A stretch of 64,000 nt of DNA from Monocercomonoides exilis PA203 (taxonomy: Eukaryota; Protista; Preaxostyla), in NCBI GenBank assembly GCA_001643675.2, contig LSRY02000060.1, positions 408,594-472,593 on the forward strand, in the 5' to 3' direction. This document shows, one piece after another, positions 1 through 12,628 of this stretch; position 1 is the first letter of the stretch; every line of letters begins with the position of its first letter. Made by a program: the position numbers and the translations under genes. The notes beneath the pieces are model-generated. The model was not told the DNA's origin, did no database searches, and saw only the letters and a program-made list of their open reading frames with translations.

Positions 1-1779
1 AAAAATTCATTTATCAAAAGAAAAGAAGATATCATAGATTTGTGTCATTTTCATTTTATTTGGCTTTTATTATCAATATATATTATCTAAAATATATCAA
101 ATTAAAAAACATGATTGAATTTAATACCTTTTACACATTTTTAAAAACACAATGACATTATCAAAGCATGCACAGAATTAAATTATGGTGTCGATGATCT
201 TGTTGATTTATTGAACAATGAAATCACAGGTTTGGAGATTTTTTAAAATAAAATAATAATCGAGATATAAATATGACAGTTTTTATGGATTCAAAAATTA
301 AGTTTTGAAAGATATTTTTGAATTAATTTATCACCCCGAAAAAAAGTATGTTTTCGAAAAGAATCACCCATATAATATTTATTATATTTATTAATAACTC
401 TTTTCCAAACTGGTACAAAATGTACCTATGACCACCTTCGCTATCTTTTTCTTTGTCCCAACTCTTCATTGGATTCTATGTGCTTCTGCCATTAACAACC
501 ATCTATGTTTCTTTTTTGTGATCATATCTGAAAGATCTGATTCCGACTCCGATTCACTTGATCTCGACCAAGATCTTCACCTTTATCTTTCTCTCTTTTC
601 CTTTCTCATTTATATTTTCTTCGTATCAACTGACTGTTTTGACCATGTTCAACTTCTTGAAAGTTCTTCTATCATCTTTTCTACTCTCATATGTCAATGT
701 GCAAGATCAGATTCCTTCTCTTCGCTATTAATTCGTTCGATTCTTCAACTTTCTTGATCCATTTCAACAACGTACGATAAGATTGAAAACAAATTTGAAA
801 ATTTACTATGTGTGATCTTTAACCACCCAAAAATGGATCCAATTCTCATTATCGAAGAGCAAATCTGCTCCTCTTGTTTGCGTATTAGCTCTATTGAGAA
901 TTGAGATGGTTGGAGAAACGAATGAAATAATGAACATAAAAACACACACAATTATATAAGTAATTTCTATGAATGGCGAATGTATCTGAGGATGGAAATG
1001 ATCTGTTTGTCAAATTGTCAAACTTGACAAAGAGCGTCACAAATATTTATCTTCCATTTGTGTCTGGACATCAGGAAAAATTTCATTAAATTTATTGAGC
1101 GGCTTTGCTGGGAATGATAAAGAAAATGCAATTCCACTTGTTTATTTCTGGTAACCATTTGGTTTGGAAACATCAATATGAAGGGAAGAAAGAGAAACTT
1201 AAACTTAATTCTCTCATTATCCTTGCTTGTCAATTGAACATTCATTGGATCAATTGACCTAAGGAAATGAAAAAAACTAAAACATCATTTGAAAAGGAAT
1301 TCTCAAAAAAAGTGTTGATCTTGGTTGAATTTTGATTAGCTCAAATAGGGTTATTATTTCATCCTAACACTTTTTTTTATTCTGACTTTAAAAAATAAAG
1401 TGTAAAAATTCAAAAAAAACACAGTTATAAGAAAACAAAATCAGAATTAATTCTTCTGATAACTTTCCTTTTTCCTTCAGCTCGGTTTTATGCATGATCT
1501 TTCTTTTCATAATTTGAATCATCGTTTTCACCGTAAAGAATTTTTCTTTCTATTTTTTTCTTATTATCCACAACAGTCTTCACTTCATCTTTCCACTTTT
1601 CATCCATTTCATTTTTCCTTTCAGTATTCATTTTCAAATGATTTTCCCATTTCTCTGAAATATTTTCGTTGGTGATAACAGTTCCATAAAAGTTGAATCC
1701 ATTTCTGCGAGTTGGAAGAGTATTAATCGAAGATTCAGGCAGTTTCAAAAGAACTGGCCCAGAAGAATTGTGTAGCACA

Positions 1780-2576
1780 CCACTTCAAACGAAAGCTTTC
1801 TGAATTACAGTAGGAGATAATGCAGTGTGGATGGCTTGAGGCAGAACGTCGGAAATAGTTGCTTGTTTTGAAAAAAAAAGAAGAAGATGGAACTTCATAT
1901 CAATTTGATAACTCAGACTGGAAACAGCAAGCGCTCCTTTGTCAAGCTGTTGATAGAGGAGTGTACTGAGTGGCACGAAGGTTTAAACGTCGATTTGTTG
2001 TTTTTGGAATTCTCACCAGATCGATGGATCTGCGTAAGATGCATGCGAATCAAGAAGGAGAAGAATGTGTTCGTTTTGAAGTGACATGCACTTTCTTCTT
2101 TCGATGATGGAAGGTAGAAGAACGGTGAGAGCATACCTTTTAAAGCACTCGTAATCCATCCAGCCGCTTCCATTTGCCCATATCGCAAGCGTTGGAGATA
2201 ACAGGCTTTTCAGCTCATCTGGCAGGTTGAAACTTGGCCACAAAATGACAGAAGGAAAGGCATATCCGTCCGATACAACAGTTGCCACGAATGTTGAATT
2301 AATCATTCTCGGTGGTTCTTGTGTGAAACCTGCTTTTGTGTCTGTTGTATGCACTACAAGCTGTTTTGGGACTGTGGGAACGCGCGTTAAAGATTCATCG
2401 ATGTTTATAATTAAAGCTGGGTTGTAATGGTATTTTTCGTGCAGCTCGTCGAGTGTTTTGAACCAGGGTTTTAAAACACTTCTGCACGAAACAGCCAGTC
2501 TGTTAATGTCCAGATTCTTCGGCGTTCCAGTCTTCAGCTCCGGATGACGCTTGACAAAGCCGTAAGTTGCAGTCAT
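1780..2576 (-). pseudogene. pogo/Tigger-like DDE_1 transposase, decayed
   Basis: ORF 2013-2576 has IINIDES, NGSGWM and LLLLDSHASY. The frame continues through stops into ...PLSTLLYQQLDKG (degenerate QPLD motif), giving the DDE_1 catalytic motif series. In-frame stops are present and I did not identify the TIRs. Confidence 0.8.
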
Positions 2577-4439
2577 TGAAATTTCTGAAAATGGTGAGTC
2601 TTCATCGTTGTCGTTTATAACATTTTCAATCTGAAAAACAAATGATTAAAACATATAAATAAAAATTAAACAAACCAATTCTCTTGTTTTTTCAAAGTTA
2701 AACATATTCCAGACTTTGCTTCAATATGAATAATGTTTAAAACTCTTTGTTCCTTTTCGCCCAATACTGCTGCAGGTCTGCCAACTTTTCCAACTAGCCT
2801 TCCTTTTCTCAGTGCTAGAACTGCATTCTTAATCCCTGTGCGGCTGAATTCCTTGGAAGTGATAGCATCCGTAATGCGAACTACTCAATCAACAACGATA
2901 TGAGCCATTCGATCCAGCCGACTGTGATAATTCCTGAACTTGTTCGAAGACATTGCCCACTGCAGTTTTTTCTTACCTTCTTTTAATTTTATTTATGTTG
3001 ATATTTTCATTTTTTAATGATATTTTTTTTGTCATAATTATTTTTTGTTTTTTAAAATTTAAATGAAATAAAAAAAATTGAAAAAAATAACATTTTAAAC
3101 AAACCATAGGTTTTATGCCCCATGTCACACTCCACTTCCACACAGAAGTTCAATGAAGGGGCTTAACACTCCTATCTCCCCCTTTTGCGAAATTGGGTTT
3201 GTATCAAAATGTATTTATTTATTTCTATGAAATTCATATATATACCAAAATTTTTTTTGAAGAATGAAATTGTGGGAAAAGTCAATGAATAATTAAAAAA
3301 TAAAAAGGTCTTGATAAAAAAAAGATCAAGAAAAAATTGTAACACTAAATGAAATTTCCAAAGGAAAATAGAGCATAGGTTCAAACGCGTTCCTTTTGCA
3401 ATTTGCGCCTTTGAACCCTCAAATTGTAACGAATTAATAGATAATAATTATTTAAAAACTTTTTATGGACCGATTTTTCGAAAAAAAATTTATTTGTTGA
3501 AAAAAATGATTTTTGAAAAATGACCCATAAAAACATGAATTTCATTGAAAAATATTCAAATAAAAAAGAAAATGTGATTTTTGGACATCCAATGTGCTTT
3601 TATTTTAATTTAAATTAATTTTATTAATTAATTTTCATCATAAAAAATATAAATCATTTATAAAAAATTTTATTAAATATCTTTGATCTAACCCACAATA
3701 AAATATTTGATATTTGGTAAACTTTATTATACCGTTTTGGTTAAAATAGAGCATAAAAGTGTGTAATTCGTTCACTTTTATATGTTAATATAAGTATATT
3801 ATTATATGCGAACTTGTATAATATTGAAAACAGATTTTATTCACAGTTACATTAAAGTGTGCTTTTTGACTTTTATTTTCATTAGCGTGCAGATGTTAAT
3901 TTCAAAATTGGTTTTAATGGAACGCAAAAGGTATTATATGATTCATTCTATCAAATAAATGTTCATATTGTTTTTTTCTTTCAAATAGTATCTTTTCCTT
4001 TGATATGTTAATGTATTTTTATATGTCTAAATTTTAATGAAAAGTTCCTTTTGTTAAATTTTCAAATAAAGAAAAATTTTCATATTTCGATCAAATTTCT
4101 GTTCCTGCTCACCAAATTTCACTGTCATGAAAACAAAATCTTGACAATGTTAAAATTAACATACTGGTGAAAGTAGGTGAGTTGGAATAAAATTTAAATG
4201 AAAATATAAAATTTTTGTTTTATTTGAAAATTAAACAAACGGAACTTTTCAAAAAAATTAAGCCATATTAGACTCGATCAAAACATGTATTAATGAATAA
4301 ATCTTGTAAAAATAAACAATAATCACACAAAACAATTCAATATTGTATTATAAAAACAATGAACAAATAAAAGTTTGTCATTTTTATGTTATTTTAAAAA
4401 ATAAAACGAAAAAATAAATTGATTTGACTTTTTTGTAGA

Positions 4440-7400
4440 TTTGATGTTGTGCATTGTGGAAGTGAAGAAGAAACATGTTTCACAATTTGGAAGGAGATGG
4501 AAAACATGAAAAAGGAGATTGTGAACAAAACAATTCAGATAAAAGGATCAACAATTATCCGAGATTCATTCAACTTGTATAATTATCAAATCAAAAAAGC
4601 ATCATCGATGGGAGAAGAAGAAACAAAAGCTTCATTAAGTGTTGAAATGGAAATCAAAAGTCAACTGAATTATATCATTTTAAATGATATTTGTCTTGAA
4701 TTAACAAATATCCAGCTCCAATTAACATCTGATTTTGACAACTCGGCCAAAACAATCATTTCAAACAGATGTGGAGATTTGGTGATAACTGGATGTTCCT
4801 CCATTCAGAAGCAGGAATGAACAATGGATTTGATTGTGCATTTGTGGATATGATTGGAGGAAATGTGGAAGTGAATGATGAAGGATCATTCACACAAGAA
4901 TGGCTTGTTGGATGTTCGAGTTCGCTGACAATGAGCAGACTTTCATTTGTTATGAAAGGTCAGTTGAATTCAAGGAGAAGTGCATTCATTCACTCAACAA
5001 CAACACTCAGTGTAACGAACTGTTCAGTCTCATTTGAGAGTGGGGCATTAACAAGTGGAAAGATAGGATACACCATCATTTACATGACAGGAGGGAATCT
5101 GATTGTTGATGGATTTGTGATGGAATGTTCAGTGATAATGAATGGGAAATCTCCAATAACTATGAGAAATGGAGCTCAATTGGAGATTTTGAACAGCAGA
5201 GTGAGTGGACTGGAGGTGGAAGGTGGGAGTAGACAGGGAGGATATTTGAATGTGGAGATGAAGGAAGGTGGAAGTGTTAATATTGAAGAAAGCAATATAT
5301 CCTCGATATGCTCAGGTGGAAGTGGAATGAAAGGGGGAAAGATGAAGACACTAATGGGGAAGAGAGGAACATTGAAAGTGAAAGGAGTGAAATTATTACG
5401 ATGTGCTGTGCCATCAGAGGATATTGAGAATGGAGGGAGAGGAATGGGAGAAGGGATGAATGTGAAGCTGCCAGAGGAGACAGTATCATTTGTGATGGAA
5501 GGAATGGAATTTGAGGGATGCAATGCCTGGAAAGAAAAGAACATGTTTGTTTCAGGATGGAATCTGAGCAAGATTGTGAACAAGGAGCACTTGAAATGGG
5601 AGATGAGTGAAGTGGAGTAAGGATCACTGGATGAATTGTGTGGGTGGGAAAAAAGACGAAAGGAGAGGAGGGATGTGTGATTCTATTTGTTGTGTATTTG
5701 TGGAGGAACTGGAGTGGGTATGGGTTTGTTTCGAAGGATGGAGGAGGAGATTTCATTGGATGTGGATATTCAGAAGCGCCATGTTCATCGATTGACCACT
5801 TGATATCACTGAGATATGAACCACTTGGAGAAGGGTTATCACACATCAACATTGTGGGATCAGGATTGCTCCAGAAAGCAATATCATTTTTGTTATCATC
5901 ATCTTCAAACACTACAGTTGTATCAATTGAGGGAGAAAAAGAAGGAACAAATCTGAAAGTGAGTGAAGGAGGAAGAAATGAAGGCGAAGAAGAAGAAGGA
6001 AGGGGAATGATATCATCGAATGTTCATCTTTCTTTCACGAATCTGTCATTTTCTCTGCCAAATGAATTGGAGAGACATTTGTCACTCATTCACTCAACTT
6101 CATTCTCAGCAACGTCAATTTCAATCAAGAGGTGCTCATTTGTTTGTGGGGGTTCAGCAAAGGAAACTAAATATTGTCTGATAAAAGCAGTGGTGGGAGT
6201 GTGGTGATTGAGGATTTTGCACTTTCTCGGTTCAATCTGGCAAAAGGGTTTGTTGAATTCTCAACAGATGTGAAGAGTATTGATGTGATGAATGTGTCTG
6301 TTTCAAACACAACAATCTCAGGAAGCAGTCTGATATCGCTGAGTCAGGCATCCCCAACAAATGTGTTGATCAACAAAGCAAGAGAAAACGCCAAACAAAT
6401 TGTGAGGGCGAACAGCTCCTCGTTTGCTAACATCACATGTTCAAAGAACAGAGCATGTGTGATGAGTGTGGGATCATTTTCATCTGAAATGGAATGTGAG
6501 ATCGAAGGGTGTGTTCTGACGAAGTGCATGAGTGAGAGGAGCAAAGAAGGAGGAGGGATGAAGGCGTGTTTGAAGAGAGGGGAATCAGAATTGAAAGTGA
6601 GAGGATGCTCGTTTGTGATGTGAATGTGCTCAACTGAAGATGGGAGAGGAGGAGGAGCGATGATTGATGCAATTGATCCGAATGCTGAATCAGTTGAAAA
6701 GGAAATGCTAGCTCTTGGGGTGAAACTGGAAAACATAAGATTTGTGATGAATGAAGCCTTTGTTGGGAAGGATGTGTTCATTAAGTGCAATTCGATTGAG
6801 AGGCAGGTGAATGAGTCACTGTTTTCGCTGGACTTCAGCCAGGATGCTTTGAAGTCGAAGAACTCGATTTGTGGGAGCAATGGAGAAGAGAATATTGATG
6901 TTGATCTGATTCCACTGATCACATTCTATTATTCAGCACAGGTGTTTGTGTGTGTGAATGGGAGCGACAGCGTGCAATGTGGAAGACAGGATGCGCCATG
7001 TGAGAGCATCAGCAATGGAGTGCAACACATTCAAGAAAGCACTGCGAGAATGATAATTATTGATGGAGAATGTTTGATTGGAGGAGAATGTGTGATTGGG
7101 GATGTGAGGATGGTGCCAGTGAAGAAAACAAAGGGGAAGATCCATTTTGATGGGAAGATAAAAAACATCAGAGGAGGACAGCATCATGAAGTTTGTGAAT
7201 GAGAGTATGATGGAGAGGTGTTTGTTTATGTTTGGAGATGCATTTGAAGGGGTTGAGGAGAGTGTTTTGAAAGAGAAGGATGGGAAATTGGAGATTTTAG
7301 ATTGCTTTTTCAGCTCGTCAGCAATGGATCTTGTGATGAAGAGCATGATTCTTCATGTCGAAAGTGGAGAGCTGAAGATGAGCGAAACGTTGTTCAGTGG

Positions 7401-7870
7401 AATTCATTCATCTGTGCCACTTCTGTCATTCCGTGGAGAATCGGGTGCGTCAATTGTTGAAACCAGAATGTTGAATATCGAGTGTGAGGGGGAAATTGTG
7501 AGAGTTGGGGAAAAAGCGAAGGTAGAGATGAAGGAAGTGAAGTTTGAGTATATTTCAGTGGCTATTGAAGGAAGCGTGATGAAGATGGATGGAGCTGAAA
7601 GGGGATTGAGTGTGCTGAACTGTTCCTTTGTGAAATGTCGGAGCACAAAAGAGAAGGGAAGAATGATGGAGATTTGTGAATGCTTGGATGTGAAAATAGA
7701 CAATTGCCTTTTTAATGGGAGTTCAAAGGAAAGAAAAGAATATCATTTGAATGAAGAAGAGGAGATGTGCAAATGGGATGAATCTCTTGTGGATGTCGTG
7801 AAGAGTTCTGTTTTGATGAAAGACACAGCAATCTCTAATTCACCAGAAGGTGGAATAACAATGAGTGAGA
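4440..7870 (+). pseudogene. Large Cys/Gly-rich surface-protein family member (probable beta-helix repeats), disrupted
   Basis: Chain of ORFs (4449-4820, 4769-5620, 5638-6207, 6174-6623, 6624-7202, 7186-7884) linked by frameshifts and stops. Recurrent CG..E.PC.SI motifs and GG-rich turns. Truncated by the MITE at 7876. Confidence 0.75.
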
Positions 7871-7875
7871 AAACA

Positions 7876-8120
7876 TATGGGTAATTCTTTTTGAAAAGTC
7901 GCAAATGTTTAATTCTCAAATAAATAAAAATATTCATATTTTTATGAAAATTTTGTTAACGTATACTAAACTTCACCAATATGGAATCAAATTCTGGATA
8001 ATGCCATTTCAAACGTTCTAAATAAGATTCGTGAGTGGAAACAGAAATTTGAGCAAATTATGAAAAAAAATTTTTTTTGAAAATTAAACGTTTGCGACTT
8101 TTCAAAAAGAATAACCCATA
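7876..8120. mobile_element. MITE family A (~245 bp, TIR tatgggt(a/t)attctttttgaaaagtcgcaaa)
   Basis: Inverted ends tatgggtaattctttttgaaaagtcgcaaa and tttgcgacttttcaaaaagaataacccata, with TA at both ends. Homologous copy at 55325-55569. Confidence 0.85.
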
Positions 8121-8441
8121 TATATAAAAGTCATAAACTTTTAACATTATTTACTGAGACTTTTTCACTTTGCAGAAATTACAATTAACATTTATTCTTA
8201 TTGTTTATCGCAATGCAGTAACTATTTATGATTATTTAAATGATTTCACATTTAATCTTGTTGTATTTTAAAAACATGTATATTTTTTTATTCATTATGT
8301 TGAGAAAATATAAATTGAAAATAAATATTTTCAATTAAAAATTAAAAATTTCAAAGCAGTTTCGATATTTTTACAAAAAATATTCCCATAACTTGACTAT
8401 CATAATTTAAATTGAAAAATATATCTTCCAATTTCTGTCAC

Positions 8442-8986
8442 ATGGAGACTCAATATAACAAAGAAGATATTCAAAAATTAACTTTTTTTGAATTTATTGT
8501 TATGTCAAATGGAAATAACAAATTAGCTCTAGAAATTTTGTTATTGATGGGATGCATTAAAAAGTCCTTTAAATGCTGGAAATGCGAAAAAGAGATGAAT
8601 CTGACGATGAAAAAAACCCGAATGCGACTATTACACTTTTAAATGTTCGTTGTGTGGAAAACTATACAGTTGGAATCATGAATCTTTGTTTATGGATTTC
8701 AATTTATCGCCTTACTACGTCATGACACTGTTTTGTCACTTTTGGTACAAACATTCTGTGAATAAGGTTGTGAAAGAAACAAAACTATCAAAGAACACAG
8801 TCTTGAGCTTTTTCAAAAGATTACGTAATATCTGCTGTTATCTTAAAGCGCTTGACACCGAAAAAATTTGAAAAAACAGAAAAGTTGAAATGGATGAAAC
8901 ACTGATTCACAAAAGAAAAAATGGGGTGGAAAGAGTTAAAGAACAGCAGTGGCTGTGGGGAGCAGTTGAAAGAAAAGTGGAAGGAA
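8442..8986 (+). pseudogene. Merlin (IS1595/ISXO2-like) DDE transposase, 5' part, truncated
   Basis: Zn ribbon CWKC...CSLC across a frameshift, an HTH-like segment, then EKI*KNRKVEMDETLIHKRKNGVERVKEQQWLWGAVER. This matches the Merlin KIGG..VEIDE...KRK..G......WVFG..ER motif. Similarity stops at ~8987. Confidence 0.85.
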
Positions 8987-9310
8987 GAGATATGGTATGT
9001 CAGCTATAGATCCATCTCGATTAAGATCTATCAATATTATCTATTTATGAATATCTGATGGTTATTATCATCTTGTATAATAAGTTGGAAGGCGATGGTA
9101 ATATGATGGAGATCGTTTTATGAATATCTGATGGTAGTTGTCATTTAGTGTAATAAGCTGGAATAGGTGATGATAATAAGATAGAGATCATGAGGAGATT
9201 GCTGATACTCTTAGAGGTTTCTCATGATTAGATATTCAGTGATGTTCTATAAAGATGGAGTTATTGATAGGTGTAATCGATATGGATCCATAGCTGATAT
9301 ACCATATCTC
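8987..9310. repeat. Terminal fold-back: ~50-bp imperfect inverted ends around two ~73-bp direct repeats
   Basis: gagatatggtatgtcagctatagatccatctcgatta (8987) is inverted at taatcgatatggatccatagctgatataccatatctc (ending 9310). The unit tatgaatatctgatggt... occurs at ~9046 and ~9119. Mirror copy at 13165-13488. Confidence 0.85.
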
Positions 9311-9567
9311 CTAGGAGGAGAATTAGCTAAAAGATTAACTGGAAGATTAACTAAAGTTGTTCGCAACGAAGTTGCTCAGGAGACTTTGTCTCCGTGTTCA
9401 AGTTGGAAATTAATGGTGAAATTGTGTGAAAATTGGTGTTATCGTTGATGAAATTGTTGATGAATAACATGAGTTGAACATGTGTCGAACGTTGATGAAA
9501 TCGTTGGTGTGATGGTTGGTGAAGTCGCAAATAAAAATAATTGATTAAATTTTTTGTTTTATAGTAA

Positions 9568-9780
9568 ATGGGTCGGAAAAAGATATACGCAACTGTGGAA
9601 GAAGCTAAAGAGGCTCAACAGAAACAAATTAAACAGTTTCAGGAAAAACGCAAGGAAGAAACTAAGTATTACAACGAACATGTATCTGAAAAACAGAAGA
9701 AATTGATTAAGATATTGAAAAGAAAGCTTATCGAAAATGATGAGTTGTTAGATGAGATGATGGAAAAAGTTAATGGTTAA
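9568..9780 (+). CDS. Small basic helical protein (70 aa) in the left inverted end
   Basis: Intact ATG..TAA ORF MGRKKIYATVEEAKEAQQKQ... that follows an AT-rich upstream tract. Lys/Glu-rich, function unknown. Confidence 0.6.
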   Translation: MGRKKIYATVEEAKEAQQKQIKQFQEKRKEETKYYNEHVSEKQKKLIKILKRKLIENDELLDEMMEKVNG

Positions 9781-10144
9781 GTTTGGAGACGATTATATTT
9801 TTAGCTGAATGAGTTAACTGTTTTGCCTGCACAGGGTGGACTGGGCAGTTAATGAGTGTGCTGTGGAGTGGAAATATTGGGTTAAATCTCAATGCTGGAA
9901 GCGTGGACCGGTGGACCGGATGTCCGGTCAATTTTCATTTCATTTGAAAATAGGTTCCAACATGCCATTTCTTCCACATGAGTGTTTTTCCCTTAATTTT
10001 GGCATGATTTAAAGGGTTTTTATTTAATTTCGATTGTGTTATCATTTTGCCACATTGCCACATGGTATCGATGGTGGTATAGAACAAGTGGCACACACTT
10101 TTTGTATTGTTTGTGTGTAAATGATTCCAAATATACGAATATGT

Positions 10145-11602
10145 TCAATTAATATCCACAGAACAGTCAATATCATCTTCATCTTCTCGTCGTTTGAGGA
10201 GTTGTTCATACTCTGGTTTAAGCTTATAACACCACACTTGATTTCCTCTTCCACCTATTCGTATTTTCTCACATCTGTCTTTAATTGCAAGTTGGAATGA
10301 GCGATCGTTCTTGTATTCAACTGGTCTGAAACATAGTGCATCAGAACATCTCCACACTTCTTTGAGTTTATTGTAATGCTCCTGACAGAACACATCGATG
10401 ACAGAGAGTGGTGCTGCAATGATATCTTCCTTTGCTTCCGTTGAAGGAATAGCCCTTGTGTTGAAATTGGAGAGATCTTTGCTGACGAAATAACAGAGAA
10501 GTTGTTCACAGAATTCATTGTCGAAAGAGCTTATGAAATCCTTGAAGAATGTGAGATTGTTCTTATATTTTGAGTTACAATCACAAACAACATATCTTCT
10601 GTCATTAATCTCAATCTTCACCGGGTATATGTGATTTGTCACAAATATGAAATCAGCGACGTTCTCAGCTGTTCTTCTTGCCTGATTCTTCTCATTGATT
10701 CTGATTGTTGAATCCATGATTATACTCTTCAATGTGTCAAAGTTAGCTGTTCGATCATCTCCAACATTCTTCAATTCGTTAAATTCAATAAGCATTTTCC
10801 CTTCGACGATGGAGTTGAACTGTCTTGTCAGTTCTGCAATCTCTGTGACATTTGGACATGAGTGTCCTGCCAACAGTTCGGCAAGCACATTTCTCCAGAC
10901 ATTCTTTCCAAAACCTTGCAAACCTTTGAGAACAAGTGATGTTTCTGCTTTTTTACCAGGATTATGAACAATTGAAGCAATCCAACAGAGGATGTATTGA
11001 AAGAGTTCTTCGTTATTGTTGTCAATAACTTCTCGTGTGAAATCAAGAAATGGTTTGATGATTTCGTTGTTTGGCTCGTTTGCCATTTGGTATTTGAACC
11101 CATGGAACAGAGAGAATATTCGAGGGCTATCTGAGAAGTACTTCATCTCATTGATCGATGGAACATGTGAGTATTTTACATAAGCTGTCTCAAATGTGAG
11201 AGTCTTTTTATCATCATGCCAGAGTTTTATTGTTTTGGACAGTTCGTTCATTGCTGATTTAGTCTTGAATGTCATCGAATAACAAGAGGAGTGAATGTCA
11301 AACTCTTTCACAATGAATTCCATCCTTGCTTCAACAAAGCTTAGAACTTTTGTGAGATCTTCTGCAACTTCCGACAGTGAGGAGTATTGTTTTCGACAAA
11401 CTTTATCCCTGACTTCAGAGAACGAGAACGATGAGTTGAGATTTATTTCACGAACAGTAATCTCTCGTGGAGGTTCTTCCTTTTGCTCATTCTCTTTTCT
11501 GAGGAGTGGAATGATCACATCATTGTTATATGTTGGATTCCATCTCTTGAAAATATTTTGAAGAACAAATGGATGTGACTTGTTGTCTCTGTTCCTGTTT
11601 CT
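10145..11602 (-). CDS. SF3 (D5-like) helicase domain, C-terminal part of a primase-helicase
   Basis: Walker A LKGLQGFGKN, Walker B LIEFNE, motif C FIFVTNH and DRRYVV, preceded by YILCWIASIVHNPGKK, which is typical of D5-like helicases. Confidence 0.88.
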   Translation of the reverse strand, partial: RNRNRDNKSHPFVLQNIFKRWNPTYNNDVIIPLLRKENEQKEEPPREITVREINLNSSFSFSEVRDKVCRKQYSSLSEVAEDLTKVLSFVEARMEFIVKEFDIHSSCYSMTFKTKSAMNELSKTIKLWHDDKKTLTFETAYVKYSHVPSINEMKYFSDSPRIFSLFHGFKYQMANEPNNEIIKPFLDFTREVIDNNNEELFQYILCWIASIVHNPGKKAETSLVLKGLQGFGKNVWRNVLAELLAGHSCPNVTEIAELTRQFNSIVEGKMLIEFNELKNVGDDRTANFDTLKSIIMDSTIRINEKNQARRTAENVADFIFVTNHIYPVKIEINDRRYVVCDCNSKYKNNLTFFKDFISSFDNEFCEQLLCYFVSKDLSNFNTRAIPSTEAKEDIIAAPLSVIDVFCQEHYNKLKEVWRCSDALCFRPVEYKNDRSFQLAIKDRCEKIRIGGRGNQVWCYKLKPEYEQLLKRREDEDDIDCSVDIN

Positions 11603-12433
11603 TTACTCTTCACAGTGAGTGATTGCATTTGCTGCAAGAGCAGTTGTCGCTTTGATTTGAGTGTTAAGAAAATCTTTCGATTCGTTGTCGAAACAGTTAA
11701 TGTTGACGAGAGAGTTGAGAGCTGTAAACAACAGCAAAAGAGTTAACTCAGAATCAAGTGACAAAGAACCTGTGTCGTTATGTATTTCAACATCTTTGAG
11801 TCCATCAACAAGAGCAAGAGCGACAGTTGGAGACATATCAACAATTCCATCTTTTGTGAGAAGATTGTGTGGTTCAGCTGCAATTATCGCTGATGTATTC
11901 TCTGTTTTGAGGTTCATACCGAATATGTCAAAAACACTCTCAAGTGATGAAAGATTTCTGAGCTCTCTGTTATTGTTGAGGGTGATGTATTTGGTGATAA
12001 TTCTCTTGCCATCTTTCATCTCTCTGTATGAAGAGTCAGCTCGAATAACAAGCCTCTGTTTTCCATCTCCAATACCTGCAAAAATGTCGATATCGTTCTC
12101 TGGACTCGTGAACACTTTGGTTTGTGACGAACATTTGAGGGGATAACAACACAGCTCACAATAAATGTGAAGACCACCATGAGCTGTTTGTACAAGTCCG
12201 ACATTTCGGGGGAGTTTGTCGAGAATGGAATTCCTGATGGTTTTCGTTTGTTCAGCTTGAAGGGATTTGTTGATATCAACATCAACTGCACAAAGATTCT
12301 CACATTTTCTGATATCGACAGCTGTTCCAGTGTGTCGTTGACCCTGCTTCTTGTCAGAGTATTTCTTGAAGTCGAACAAGTTTACAAGGTGATCTTTCAT
12401 TCGTTCTCCCATTGTGTGCTGTTCTGTTAACAT
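11603..12433 (-). CDS. AEP-family Prim-Pol (bifunctional primase/polymerase) domain, N-terminal part of a primase-helicase
   Basis: Motifs LCAVDVD and VQTAHGGLHIY (DxD and T.xGG.H.Y of Prim-Pol). Same frame as 10145-11518, separated by a single TAA and 28 sense codons. Confidence 0.8.
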   Translation of the reverse strand: MLTEQHTMGERMKDHLVNLFDFKKYSDKKQGQRHTGTAVDIRKCENLCAVDVDINKSLQAEQTKTIRNSILDKLPRNVGLVQTAHGGLHIYCELCCYPLKCSSQTKVFTSPENDIDIFAGIGDGKQRLVIRADSSYREMKDGKRIITKYITLNNNRELRNLSSLESVFDIFGMNLKTENTSAIIAAEPHNLLTKDGIVDMSPTVALALVDGLKDVEIHNDTGSLSLDSELTLLLLFTALNSLVNINCFDNESKDFLNTQIKATTALAANAITHCEE

Positions 12434-12628
12434 TGAATCAATTTATTGTTGGATTACGTTGTCAGAGTCTGTTTGGGGGTTTTCCATTTCATTCAAATAA
12501 AAAAATCTCTTTTCAAAACAAATACATTTCAAAAAACGTAAATTAACGGTGAAGATGATGTTGGTGTAAATATCGAAAATGAACGACAATTGAATATTTT
12601 CACATTAAATGTATTTTGCCCAATTTGC

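Larger units (their letters stand above)
3374..9779 (+). repeat. Left arm (~6.4 kb) of a giant inverted repeat
   Basis: Reverse complement of 12696-19101, with mirrored ORFs throughout the ORF track. Only a few substitutions and homopolymer-length differences were seen. Confidence 0.97.

Noticed and set aside
400-1250. Possible decayed minus-strand coding or retroelement remnant
   Set aside because: No diagnostic motif was recognised.
5176-7937. Antisense ORFs over the surface-protein pseudogenes
   Set aside because: Shadow frames of the purine-rich coding strand.
9224-9448. 74-aa ORF in the inverted end (and its mirror 13027-13251)
   Set aside because: It overlaps the fold-back and short repeats and has no protein-like features, so it is likely a chance ORF.
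11603-11605. TAA/TAG-to-Gln reassignment (as in the oxymonad Streblomastix) explaining in-frame stops
   Set aside because: TGA stops and frameshifts interrupt genes as well (e.g. 6621, 8869), and long ORFs are free of internal TAA/TAG and end in TAA. Mutational decay is the simpler explanation.
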